DNA of 63,630 nt, from assembly GCA_014804965.1 (NCBI GenBank), contig JAAUYU010000025.1, forward strand, positions 17,747 to 81,376, given 5' to 3'. A program made the position numbers and the translations under genes. Positions 1-8,841 of the stretch are shown here, one piece after another (the stretch's first letter is position 1; the number at the start of each line of letters is the position of its first letter). This stretch comes from Desulfovibrio sp. (GTDB lineage Bacteria > Desulfobacterota > Desulfovibrionia > Desulfovibrionales > Desulfovibrionaceae). The notes under the pieces were generated by a model. That model had not been told where the DNA came from and ran no database searches. It saw nothing but the letters and a program-made list of their open reading frames with translations.

Positions 1-143
1 AAAATACAACTGTTTCCGTGTTTGTGCTTTTTTTCACTAGCACGCTGTTGCGTCCACCGTCCGGGGGGAGCCCCTTCCCCGAAAATCCCGCCGGACCGCC
101 CTTGACAGCTCTTGTGCTCAATGCCACAAAGAACACACTGGAT

Positions 144-169
144 AATGTCAACATTTGACGATTGACATT
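144..169. promoter_or_regulatory. Inverted repeat AATGTCAA-N10-TTGACATT upstream of the transporter gene; candidate operator or promoter element
   Basis: Read directly: aatgtcaa (144-151) and ttgacatt (162-169) are reverse complements, and an extra TTTGAC lies between the arms. The repeat is about 90 nt upstream of ATG 255. Confidence 0.3.
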
Positions 170-254
170 ATGCGGACGCGGATGACGGCCACGGCCCCAG
201 GCGGCCACCAACCTTTCCCCGGGCCTCGCCCGGAAGGTGTAAAAAGGAGGGTTT

Positions 255-1487
255 ATGAGTGAGAAAAAACGCATGAGCCTGCCCGTGCAGATGGGCATCG
301 GCATGGTGCTGGGCGTCCTCGCGGGTGCCGTGGCCCCGGCCATCGGCTTTGACGCCCAGTGGTTCCGGCCCTTCGGGCAGCTCTTCATCAACCTCGTGCG
401 CATGGTGGTCGTGCCGCTCGTCTTTGCCACGCTCGTGGCGGGCGCGGCCAGCGTGGGCGACGTGGGTCGCCTCGGCCGCGTTGCCATCAAGACGCTCATC
501 TACTATTTCGCCACCACGGCCATCGCCATCATCATCGGCCTCATCCTCGCCAACCTCTTCCAGCCGGGGCTCGGGCTCGACCTCTCCACGGCCAATCTCC
601 AGGCCAAGGAGGCCACGCCGCCGCCGCTCGTGCAGGTTCTGCTCAACATCGTGCCCATCAATCCCATGGAGAGCCTCGCCAAGGGCACCATGCTCCAGAT
701 CATCTTCTTCGCCGTTCTGCTCGGCTTCTCCCTGAGCATCTGCGGCGAGCGCGTCAAGGTGGTCACGGACTTCTTCAACGGCATGGGCGAGGTCATGATC
801 CGCCTCACCACCATCGTCATGCTTTACGCGCCCATCGGCGTGTTCGCCCTCATGGCCTTCACCGTGGCCTCGCACGGGCTTGCGGTGCTCTTGCCGCTCA
901 TCAAGCTCGTCATCATCATGTATGTGGCCTGCCTCTGCCAGATACTCATCGTGTATCTCCCCTGCGTGCGCTTCAGCGGGCTTAAGTCCGGGCAGTTCCT
1001 CAAGGGCATCAGCGAGCCGCTCCTCATCGCCTTCACCACCTGTTCCAGCGCGGCGGCGCTCTCCTCCAACCTCATCAGCGTGGAAAAGCTCGGCGCCTCG
1101 CGCAGCGTGTCCAGCTTCTCCATCCCGCTCGGCAACACCATCAACATGGACGGCGCGGCCATCTACATGGGCATCGTGGCCCTGTTCGCGGCCGAGGTGT
1201 ACGGCATCCCCATGACCCTCGACAAGCAGCTCGTCATCCTGCTCATGGCGCTTCTGGCCTCCATCGGCTCCATGGGCGTGCCGGGGGCGGCGCTCATCAT
1301 GAGCACCATGGTGTTCACCCAGGTTGGCATCCCGCTGGAGGCCATCGCGCTTGTGGCGGGCGTTGACCGCATCATGGACATGGCCCGCACCACCATCAAC
1401 GTCATGGGCGACGCCACGGGCGCCATCTTCGTCTCCAAGCTGGAGAACGACATGGACCCGGCGCGCGGCGCGGCCATGAAGGTCTAG
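255..1487 (+). CDS. Dicarboxylate/amino acid:cation symporter (DAACS, GltP/DctA family)
   Basis: 410-aa polytopic ORF with RBS aaaaggaggg just upstream. Family-typical motifs are TCSSAAALSSN and GNTINMDGAAIYMG. Confidence 0.85.
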   Translation: MSEKKRMSLPVQMGIGMVLGVLAGAVAPAIGFDAQWFRPFGQLFINLVRMVVVPLVFATLVAGAASVGDVGRLGRVAIKTLIYYFATTAIAIIIGLILANLFQPGLGLDLSTANLQAKEATPPPLVQVLLNIVPINPMESLAKGTMLQIIFFAVLLGFSLSICGERVKVVTDFFNGMGEVMIRLTTIVMLYAPIGVFALMAFTVASHGLAVLLPLIKLVIIMYVACLCQILIVYLPCVRFSGLKSGQFLKGISEPLLIAFTTCSSAAALSSNLISVEKLGASRSVSSFSIPLGNTINMDGAAIYMGIVALFAAEVYGIPMTLDKQLVILLMALLASIGSMGVPGAALIMSTMVFTQVGIPLEAIALVAGVDRIMDMARTTINVMGDATGAIFVSKLENDMDPARGAAMKV

Positions 1488-1501
1488 CGCGGGAGTGTGA
1501 C

Positions 1502-2224
1502 ATGCGTACCTGCGGCATCCTCGGCGGCATGGGGCCGGAGGCCACCATCGACCTCATGCGGCGCGTGGTGGCCCACACCAGGGCCAGTGACGACGCCGAC
1601 CATGTGCACCTCATCGTGGACAACAATCCCCAGGTGCCCTCGCGCATCAAGGTGTTGCTGGAGGGCGGCGACGTCTCCCCGGGGCCGTGCCTTGCGGGCA
1701 TGGCCCGCGGCCTTGAGGCCCAGGGGGCGGACTTCCTCTGCATCGCCTGCAATACCGCCCACAACTGGCGCGGGGAGGTGGCCGGGGCCGTGCACATCCC
1801 AGTGCTCGACATGGTGGCGCTGGCAACCGCCGAGGCGGCGAAGCTTGCCCCAGGGGGCCGCGTGGGCATCCTCGCGTCGCCAGCGGTGCGGCTCACCGGG
1901 CTCTATGAAGGGCCGGCCCGCGAACAGGGCGTGACGGCCGTCTATGCCGACGAAGCGGAGGAGGCGCGCCTGCTCTCGGTCATCCGCGCCGTCAAGGCCG
2001 GGGACACCGGCCCCGGAGTGCGGGCCGACCTCGCGTCCGTGGTGCGGCATATGGCCGAAAAGGGAGCGGATGTGCTCGTGGCCGCCTGTACGGAGCTCGG
2101 CGTGCTCGGCGTGGAGGCCCCGGTGCCGGTGGTGGACGCCGCGGACGCCCTCGCCCGCGCCATCGTGCGCGAGGGGGCGGGCCCGGACGCCGTGAAGGAG
2201 CCGGTCCCCGCTTCCCACAACTAG
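1502..2224 (+). CDS. Aspartate/glutamate racemase family protein
   Basis: N-terminal GILGGMGPEAT. Two catalytic-Cys motifs, CIACNTAH and AACTELG. Starts 14 nt after the transporter stop. Confidence 0.85.
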   Translation: MRTCGILGGMGPEATIDLMRRVVAHTRASDDADHVHLIVDNNPQVPSRIKVLLEGGDVSPGPCLAGMARGLEAQGADFLCIACNTAHNWRGEVAGAVHIPVLDMVALATAEAAKLAPGGRVGILASPAVRLTGLYEGPAREQGVTAVYADEAEEARLLSVIRAVKAGDTGPGVRADLASVVRHMAEKGADVLVAACTELGVLGVEAPVPVVDAADALARAIVREGAGPDAVKEPVPASHN

Positions 2225-2291
2225 CCAACCAACGCGCGGGCCATGGGCCAGGCCCGTGGCCCGCGCAAGACTCCCCAAGGAGGAGCAGAAG

Positions 2292-3299
2292 ATGAATCTG
2301 GCTCGTTTTCCCCGTCGCGGCTATGTGAAGGAACCCACGCCGCTGGAATTCCTTCCCGCGTTCAGCAAGGCGCTGGGCGACAAGATCCGGCTCTGGATCA
2401 AGCGCGACGATCTGCTGCCCGGCGCGGGCGGCGGCAACAAGACCCGCAAGCTCGACTTCACCATCGCCGACGCCCTTACCAAGGGCGCGGACACCATCAT
2501 CACCTGCGGGGCCGTCCAGTCCAATCACTGCCGCCTCACCCTGGCCTGGGCCGTGCATGAGGGCCTTGACTGCCACCTCGTGCTCGAGGAACGCGTGCCC
2601 AAGAGCTACAAGCCCGAGGCTTCGGGCAACAACTTCCTCTACCAGCTGCTCGGCGTGAAGAGCATCACGGTGGTGCCCGGCGGCAGCAACATGATGGAGG
2701 AGATGGAAAAGGTGGCGGCCAAGCTCCGCGCCGAGGGCAAAAAGCCCTACATCGTGCCGGGCGGGGCCTCCAACGCGGTGGGCGCGCTCGGCTATGTGGC
2801 CTGCGCGCAGGAGCTCATGGAGCAGATGTTCGCGAAGCAGCTCAACTTTGACCACATCGTGGTGCCCAGCGGCAGCGCGGGCACCCATGCGGGCTTCCTC
2901 TTCGGGATGCTCGGCTGCAACATGAACATCCCGGTGACGGGCATCGGCGTGAACCGCAAGAAGTCCGTGCAGGAGGACGCTGTGTATTCGCTCATGGAAA
3001 AGATCGGCGACTACACGGGCGCGCATTTCGATATGCCGCGCGACGCGGTGAAGGTCTTCGACGACTATGTGGGCCCCGGCTACTCGCTGCCCACCGACGC
3101 CATGGTGGAGGCCGTGACCATGCTCGCCCGCACGGAGAGCATCCTCCTTGACCCCGTGTATTCGGGCAAGGCCATGTCCGGCCTCATGGACCTCACGCGC
3201 AAGGGCTACTTCCCCGAAGGGGCGAATGTGCTCTTCCTGCACACGGGCGGCTCGCCCGCGCTCTTCGCCTACGAGGACACCTTCCGCAAGGCCTGGTAA
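2292..3299 (+). CDS. PLP-dependent D-cysteine desulfhydrase / ACC deaminase / cysteate sulfo-lyase family enzyme
   Basis: GGGNKTRKLDF PLP-lysine motif. ATG at 2292 is preferred over the ORF-track start 2256 because AAGGAGG lies 6-12 nt upstream of 2292. Confidence 0.85.
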   Translation: MNLARFPRRGYVKEPTPLEFLPAFSKALGDKIRLWIKRDDLLPGAGGGNKTRKLDFTIADALTKGADTIITCGAVQSNHCRLTLAWAVHEGLDCHLVLEERVPKSYKPEASGNNFLYQLLGVKSITVVPGGSNMMEEMEKVAAKLRAEGKKPYIVPGGASNAVGALGYVACAQELMEQMFAKQLNFDHIVVPSGSAGTHAGFLFGMLGCNMNIPVTGIGVNRKKSVQEDAVYSLMEKIGDYTGAHFDMPRDAVKVFDDYVGPGYSLPTDAMVEAVTMLARTESILLDPVYSGKAMSGLMDLTRKGYFPEGANVLFLHTGGSPALFAYEDTFRKAW

Positions 3300-3308
3300 G
3301 CGCAGCAA

Positions 3309-3339
3309 GGCCCGGGGCGCACAGGCCCCGGGCCTTTTT
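3309..3339 (+). terminator. Rho-independent terminator
   Basis: GGCCCGGGG (3309-3317) pairs perfectly with CCCCGGGCC (3326-3334), followed by TTTTT (3335-3339). It lies 10 nt after stop 3299. Confidence 0.7.
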
Positions 3340-3361
3340 CGTCCATCCAAAGGAGCCCTTC

Positions 3362-4765
3362 ATGCAAGAAGAAAAAAGCTTACAGATGTATGGCGGCATC
3401 CTCGGCGGTCTGGTGCCGCTGCTCGTGCTCATCATCGGCCTGGTGTGGCTTTCGGTGGAACAGCGCGGCGGCACCAAGCCCTTCTGGGCCTGCGCGTGGC
3501 TGGCCCTTGCCGTGGGCCTTTTCTTCGCCCGCGACAAGACCGAATACTGCAAGGCCGCCATGCGCGGCATCGGCGACAAGACGGGCATCGTCATCGTGAC
3601 GGCGTGGCTCTTCGCCGGGGTTTTCGGCAAGCTCATGGCCGCAGGCGGCCTCGTCAACGGGCTCCTGTGGCTCGGCATGACCACGGGCGCGCAGGGGGCG
3701 TTCTTCGTGCTGCTCGTGTTTTTCATGGCCATGCTCTTCGCCCTCGGCACTGGCACGAGCACCGGCACCTGCATCGCTCTGACGCCGGTGCTCTACCCCG
3801 CGGGCTACTATCTCGGCGCGGACCCGGCCATGCTGGGCCTCGCCATCCTCTCGGGCGCGGCCTTCGGCGACAACCTGGCCCCGGTGTCCGACACCACCAT
3901 CGTATCGGCCTACACCCAGGGCGCGAGCATGAAGGCCGTGGTGCGCAGCCGCTTTCCGCTGGCCATCAGCGCAGCCATCCTTTCGGCCATTGTCTTCATT
4001 ATCTGTGGCGGGGGCGGCGAGGCGCAGATGCTCCCCGAGATCCAGGCCAACCTCAACCCTGCGGGCGCGTTCATGCTGCTCGCGCTGGTGGTGGTCGTGG
4101 TGGCGGCCCTGCTCGGGCGGCACATCATCGAGTCCCTCATTTACGGCAACGTGGCCGCTGCCATCATCGGCATCTCAATCGGCACGCTCAGCCCCGGCGC
4201 CATCTTCAGTGTGCCCGCCAAGGCGGGCGGCTCCACGGGCCTCATCCAGGCGGGCATCGACGGCGTGGTCGGGGCCATCATCTTCGCCATCCTCATCCTC
4301 GCGGTGACGCAGATCCTCGTGGAATGCGGCATCATGGGCAAGATCCTCGACTTCGCCCACAAGAGCGTGGTCGCCACGGTGCGCCAGGCGGAGCTCTTCA
4401 TCGTGGGCGTGACCATCCTCGCGTCCATCCCCATTTCGGCCAATGCCCCGGCAGAACTTCTCGTGGGGCCATCGCTGGTGCGGCCCATGGGCGAGAAGTT
4501 CGGCCTCTCGGCGGCGCGCCGCGCCAACCTCATGGACTGCGCGGTCTGCACCATCTTCTTCATCCTGCCGTGGCATATCGCGGTGGTGGCCTGGTACAGC
4601 GCCCTGCAGAGCGCGGCCCAGAGCTACGGCATCCAGGCCCCGCCCATCAGCGCGGCGCTCTATAACCCCTATTCCTGGGCGCTCCTCGCCGTGCTGCTCG
4701 TATCGGTCATCACGGGCTGGAACCGCCGCTTCGCGAGCCAGGACGATGCGGCCGAAACCGCCTGA
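3362..4765 (+). CDS. NhaC-family Na+/H+ antiporter-like membrane transporter
   Basis: 467-aa polytopic ORF with AAGGAG RBS. Overall resemblance to the NhaC C-terminal family. Substrate unknown. Confidence 0.65.
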   Translation: MQEEKSLQMYGGILGGLVPLLVLIIGLVWLSVEQRGGTKPFWACAWLALAVGLFFARDKTEYCKAAMRGIGDKTGIVIVTAWLFAGVFGKLMAAGGLVNGLLWLGMTTGAQGAFFVLLVFFMAMLFALGTGTSTGTCIALTPVLYPAGYYLGADPAMLGLAILSGAAFGDNLAPVSDTTIVSAYTQGASMKAVVRSRFPLAISAAILSAIVFIICGGGGEAQMLPEIQANLNPAGAFMLLALVVVVVAALLGRHIIESLIYGNVAAAIIGISIGTLSPGAIFSVPAKAGGSTGLIQAGIDGVVGAIIFAILILAVTQILVECGIMGKILDFAHKSVVATVRQAELFIVGVTILASIPISANAPAELLVGPSLVRPMGEKFGLSAARRANLMDCAVCTIFFILPWHIAVVAWYSALQSAAQSYGIQAPPISAALYNPYSWALLAVLLVSVITGWNRRFASQDDAAETA

Positions 4766-4839
4766 CCGGAACGCCGGGAAGGATTGACACAACCGGGGGG
4801 CGGCGCTACCTCATTGCTTTCACAGGAGGAGCGCCGCCC

Positions 4840-5499
4840 TTGTCCCAAGTCAAGACCTATGCCGAGCAGGCCACGGCCTATATCAAGCAATGCCTGCTGG
4901 ACGGCACCCTCAGCCCCGGCGACCCCCTCCGCGAAACAGAGATCGCCCGGCATCTCGGCATCAGCCGCGGGCCCGTGCGCGAGGCCCTGCAAAGCCTGCT
5001 TTTGCAGGGGCTCGTCACCGGGGAGCCGCAAAAGACGCGCTGCATCCGCCACCTCACCCTGCAGGAGATCGAGGACAGCTACTGCCTCGGCGGCACGCTG
5101 GAGGGAGCCTGCATCGTCCAGTCGCTGGAGCGCTGGGACGACGCGGTGCTCGCCACCGTGAAGGACATCCTTGCGGAAATGGAGCGCCAGAGCAAAACCG
5201 CCCCCGGCCTCGCCGCCATGAGCCAGATCGACGACGCCTTCCACGACGCCCTGCTGGCCCCGTGCCGCAATCGCCTCATGGTGGACATCGCGCGCAATTC
5301 CTGCGCGCACATTTCCAAGTTCCTCTATTACAGGTGCTGGGACACCCTGTTCTCCCCCGGCGAGTTTTACCAGCGCCACGCCGTGCTCTACGAGGCCGTG
5401 GCGAGCCGCGAGCCCGCCACCATCGAGCGCGCCCTGCTGGACCACTACGCCGAATCGGGGCGCCGCCTGGGCCTTGTCTGCGGCAGGCAGGAAGGCTAG
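4840..5499 (+). CDS. GntR-family (FadR/FCD-type) transcriptional regulator
   Basis: wHTH segment EIARHLGISRGPVREALQSL followed by an all-helical FCD-like C-terminus. TTG start with AGGAGG about 10 nt upstream. Confidence 0.8.
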   Translation: MSQVKTYAEQATAYIKQCLLDGTLSPGDPLRETEIARHLGISRGPVREALQSLLLQGLVTGEPQKTRCIRHLTLQEIEDSYCLGGTLEGACIVQSLERWDDAVLATVKDILAEMERQSKTAPGLAAMSQIDDAFHDALLAPCRNRLMVDIARNSCAHISKFLYYRCWDTLFSPGEFYQRHAVLYEAVASREPATIERALLDHYAESGRRLGLVCGRQEG

Positions 5500-5507
5500 G
5501 GCCGGCC

Positions 5508-6407
5508 ATGCCGGCGACCTTGCCACAGGGCGGCCGCTTCCGGGGCTATGTGTTCGCGGCCCTGGCCGCGGCCTTTTACGGCACCAACCCGCTTTTCGCT
5601 GTGCCGCTTTACGGCGGCATGGACGCGGTCTCGGTGCTCGTTTTCCGCTATCTGCTCGGCATCCCGCTCCTGGCGGCCATCATCATCGGCCGTTCCCGGA
5701 GGCTCCTGCCCATGCCGGGCGAGGCGCTCCCGCTCGCCGTTTCCGGAGTCATCATGGGGCTTTCCTCGCTGGCGCTCTACGAGGCTTACCGCTTCATGAG
5801 CGCTGGCCTCGCCTCCACCCTGCTCTTCATGTACCCGGTTTTGACCTCCCTGCTCATGACCCTGTTTTTCCATGAGAAGTTCCGGCCCCTCACCGGCGTG
5901 TGCCTCGGGCTCGCGGGCGCGGGCCTCGTGTTGCTCATGCAGCCCGCCGAGGGCGCGCGCCTCAACGTGACGGGCTTTGTGCTCATCTTTCTCTCCTCCC
6001 TCACCTATGCGGTCTATCTCGTCATGGTGAAGGTCTCGCGGGCGCTGGCGCTCATCCCGCCCGTGCGCTCGCTGCTCTGGCAGCTCCTCTTCGGGGGCCT
6101 CGTGTTCGTCGCCATCCTGCCGTGGAACGGCGGCCTCACCCTGCCGGGCAGCTTCTTCGCCTGGGCCAATGTGGCCTCGCTGGCACTCTTCCCCACCGTG
6201 CTCTCGCTCATTTTCACGCTCAGGGCCATTGCCGCCATCGGCCCCACGCCCACGGCCATTTTCGGCGCGCTGGAACCCGTCACAGCCGTAAGCCTCAGCC
6301 TCGTCTTTCTCGGCGAGAGCATCACCGGGCGGGAAATCCTCGGTGGCTGCCTCATCGTGGCGGCGACCCTGCTGGTGGTGGCAGGTGGCCGCGAAAACGC
6401 GCGCTGA
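5508..6407 (+). CDS. EamA/DMT-family transporter
   Basis: About 300-aa, 10-TM protein with a duplicated EamA-like architecture. ATG 5508 lies inside the longer track ORF 4890..6407, whose upstream part overlaps the GntR gene in another frame. Confidence 0.8.
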   Translation: MPATLPQGGRFRGYVFAALAAAFYGTNPLFAVPLYGGMDAVSVLVFRYLLGIPLLAAIIIGRSRRLLPMPGEALPLAVSGVIMGLSSLALYEAYRFMSAGLASTLLFMYPVLTSLLMTLFFHEKFRPLTGVCLGLAGAGLVLLMQPAEGARLNVTGFVLIFLSSLTYAVYLVMVKVSRALALIPPVRSLLWQLLFGGLVFVAILPWNGGLTLPGSFFAWANVASLALFPTVLSLIFTLRAIAAIGPTPTAIFGALEPVTAVSLSLVFLGESITGREILGGCLIVAATLLVVAGGRENAR

Positions 6408-6443
6408 GGCGCAAAAGCGCAGTACCTTTCAAGGAGGCCGCAC

Positions 6444-7232
6444 ATGGACACCCGCCTGCTGTCATTGAACTACGGCCTTGTGAAGGAGCTTTTCGCACAA
6501 AGGCGCATCTCCTATTTCCGGCGCGGCGCCCCGGCGGACGATGCGGCCGCCGTGCTGGAACTGCCGCTCAGTGTGCGCATCGAGCCCTATACCCTGTTCA
6601 TCACGGCCGGGGGCCTCTGGTCCATGGGGGCTTTTTCCTATTCGCAGTCGAGCCTGCCCCCGGAAACGGAGACCGGCCGCTATTGCTCCATTTCCAACGC
6701 GGTCACGGCCTTCAATTCGGAGCATCCGGTCAAGTGGGTCTCGGTTTCGCCCTTTTCCTATGACCCGGACGCGGCCCCCATTTTCCGGCAGGCCATCGAG
6801 GATTCCCCGCTGGGGGCGCGCTACAGGCCCAGGCCCTATGATGACCACGGGCGCGCGCCCATCCGCATGGGCCACGATGTCTGGATCGGCCAGCATGTGC
6901 AGCTGAAAAAGGGTATCAGCCTCGGCAACGGCGCGGTCATCGCCGCGGGCGCGGTGGTGACGAAGGATGTGGAACCTTACGCCATCATGGGCGGCGTGCC
7001 CGCGCGGCGCATACGGATGCGCTTTGACGAGGCCACGGTGGAGCGCCTCGAGCGGGTGCGCTGGTGGGACTACAATTTCACGGAATTTTACGGCCTGGAC
7101 CCGGCGCAGCCGGAGCGCTTCCTCGACGGCCTCGAGGAGAGGATCGCCGCCGGCAGGCTGCGCCCCTACCGCCCGGAGCCCGTGACCCTGCGCACCATCA
7201 GGGACTGGCTCGAAGGGTCCCGGCAGGCCTGA
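6444..7232 (+). CDS. Left-handed beta-helix (hexapeptide) acetyltransferase, XAT/CatB-like
   Basis: C-terminal HDVWIGQHVQLKKGISLGNGAVIAAGAVVTKDVEPYAIMGGVPARRI hexapeptide repeats. AAGGAGG RBS. Confidence 0.7.
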   Translation: MDTRLLSLNYGLVKELFAQRRISYFRRGAPADDAAAVLELPLSVRIEPYTLFITAGGLWSMGAFSYSQSSLPPETETGRYCSISNAVTAFNSEHPVKWVSVSPFSYDPDAAPIFRQAIEDSPLGARYRPRPYDDHGRAPIRMGHDVWIGQHVQLKKGISLGNGAVIAAGAVVTKDVEPYAIMGGVPARRIRMRFDEATVERLERVRWWDYNFTEFYGLDPAQPERFLDGLEERIAAGRLRPYRPEPVTLRTIRDWLEGSRQA

Positions 7233-7241
7233 GGGCCGGCC

Positions 7242-7997
7242 TCACAGCGAGGCCATGAAACCGCCGTCCACAAAGAGGATCTGCCCGGTGACGAAGTCGG
7301 CCGCGCTGGAGGCCAGAAAGGCCGCGACATTCCCCACCTCGTCCACGGTGCCCCAGCGTTTCGCGGGTGTGTGGCGCATGATGTAGCCGTTGAGCGCAGC
7401 GTCGGCCATGAGCGGCTTGTTCATGTCCGTGGCGATGAAGCCGGGCGCTACGCCGTTGACCTGGATGCCGTACTGCGCCCATTCCGTGGCCAGCGCGCGC
7501 GTGAGCTGGCGCACCGCCCCCTTGGCCGCGGCATAGGGCGCGATGCCGGGCCGCGCAATCTCGCTCATGAGCGAACAGAGATTGATGACCTTGCCGCCGT
7601 GGCCCTTGAGCAGGGGCAGCGCCGCGCGGCACACGCGAAAAACGCCCGTCACGTCCGTATCGAGCATTTGCTGCCAGAGTTCGTCAGGCATGTCCTCCAC
7701 GGGCGCGCGCAAATTGATGCCCGCATTGTTGACGAGGATATGGAGGCCGCCCAGGCTTTCGATGGCCCGCATGGCCGCGTCCACGCTTTCCTGACTGGTC
7801 ACGTCGCAGGGGATGCCCTCGATGCGCCGCTCCGGGAAGTTGCGGCGGAGTTCCGCCACGGCGGCGTCCAGCCCCTCGCGGTGGACGGCCGAGAGCCTGA
7901 GGTCCGCGCCCTGCCGGGCCAGGGCACGGGCGATGCCGAGGCCGATGCCGCGGCTCGAACCGGTGATGAAGGCGATCTTGCCGTTCAGCGAAAACAT
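7242..7997 (-). CDS. Short-chain dehydrogenase/reductase (gluconate 5-dehydrogenase-like)
   Basis: TGSSRGIGLGIA cofactor motif and YAAAKGA (YxxxK). ATG 7997 is preceded by AAAAGGAGG. The track ORF extension to 8216 is Arg/Trp-rich junk. Confidence 0.85.
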   Translation of the reverse strand: MFSLNGKIAFITGSSRGIGLGIARALARQGADLRLSAVHREGLDAAVAELRRNFPERRIEGIPCDVTSQESVDAAMRAIESLGGLHILVNNAGINLRAPVEDMPDELWQQMLDTDVTGVFRVCRAALPLLKGHGGKVINLCSLMSEIARPGIAPYAAAKGAVRQLTRALATEWAQYGIQVNGVAPGFIATDMNKPLMADAALNGYIMRHTPAKRWGTVDEVGNVAAFLASSAADFVTGQILFVDGGFMASL

Positions 7998-8010
7998 GCG
8001 GCCTCCTTTT

Positions 8011-8841
8011 TTATTCCCCCCGCAGCGCCGGGCGCGACAGCAGGGCACGCAGCGTGGCGAGCCCGGCCCGCGCCTCCGCCTCCGGGTCCTTGCCCGGAAC
8101 GGCCTCCATGCCGAGAAAGCCGTCATAGCCCACAGCGCCCAGGCACTGCGCCAGCGCCCCCAGCGCCAGGCAGCCCAGCCCCGGCACGGCGCGCGTATTG
8201 TCCACAAAATGCACATGGCCGATTTGCTTCCCGGCGAGGGCGACGGCCGCTGCGAGGGACGATTCCTCGATGTTCATGTGAAACACGTCCGGCAGGATGG
8301 CGAGGTTCGCGGGCGCGCCCGCGGCAGCGCGCAGGCTGAGCGCCTCGGCCACGGTATGGATGGAATCCATCTCGTACCTGTTGATGGGCTCGAGGAGCAC
8401 GCCCACGCCGAAGCTCCCGGCAAGGGCACAATAGGCGCCGAGGCCTTCGGCCATGCACTTCAGGCTTTCTTCCCTGCCCCCCGCGACGTCCTTGTGCTGC
8501 CCGCGGAAAAAACCCACGATGCTCCGCGCCCCGAGCTCCGCGCACATGGCGAGATGCCTGCGCGAGGCCTCCAGCAGGCGCGGAAGCACGCCGGGCCGGT
8601 TGAGATAGAGCCCTTCGGCCATGAGGTCGCCCTGGGCGGAAAGCATGGCCGCCGCAAGGCCGCTTTCGTCAAGCGCCCTGCGCGCCGCCGCCACGTCGGC
8701 CGCGGGCGGATCGGGAAAAAAGAGGTCGATGCCGTCATAGCCCAGTGCCGCGAGCTTCGCGCAGATGGGGCCGAGCGGCCCTGCGAACATGATTTGCGGC
8801 ATCCTGCCCGACCTGTCGGCCACGGAAATGCTGGCCTTCAT
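8011..8841 (-). CDS. Sugar phosphate isomerase/epimerase (xylose isomerase-like TIM barrel)
   Basis: 276-aa family-typical sequence. ATG 8841 has GGAGGAG upstream and overlaps the upstream stop (ATGA). Confidence 0.8.
   Translation of the reverse strand: MKASISVADRSGRMPQIMFAGPLGPICAKLAALGYDGIDLFFPDPPAADVAAARRALDESGLAAAMLSAQGDLMAEGLYLNRPGVLPRLLEASRRHLAMCAELGARSIVGFFRGQHKDVAGGREESLKCMAEGLGAYCALAGSFGVGVLLEPINRYEMDSIHTVAEALSLRAAAGAPANLAILPDVFHMNIEESSLAAAVALAGKQIGHVHFVDNTRAVPGLGCLALGALAQCLGAVGYDGFLGMEAVPGKDPEAEARAGLATLRALLSRPALRGE

Noticed and set aside
102-130. TTGACA at 102-107 as the -35 element of a promoter for the DAACS transporter.
   Set aside because: No acceptable -10 hexamer lies at 16-18 nt spacing (cacaaa or gccaca), so the promoter call is unsupported.
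1992-3350. Long antisense or off-frame ORFs throughout the GC-rich parts. Examples are 168..875-, 1992..3350-, 11412..14720+, 15689..18172-, 29657..31267-, 33158..34468-, 39634..42252+, 44833..46701+, 52795..55482- and 58316..61669+.
   Set aside because: They overlap strongly supported genes on the other strand or in another frame. They are Arg/Ala/Gly/Pro/His-rich low-complexity translations, they lack RBSs, and they are the expected stop-codon-poor artefact of high-GC DNA.
6444-7232. XAT/CatB-like acetyltransferase as an acquired antibiotic-resistance gene (Vat or CatB).
   Set aside because: Only the generic hexapeptide C-terminus is recognisable, the N-terminal about 120 aa do not look Vat- or CatB-like to me, and the composition is backbone-like with no mobile context. 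Substrate cannot be inferred.
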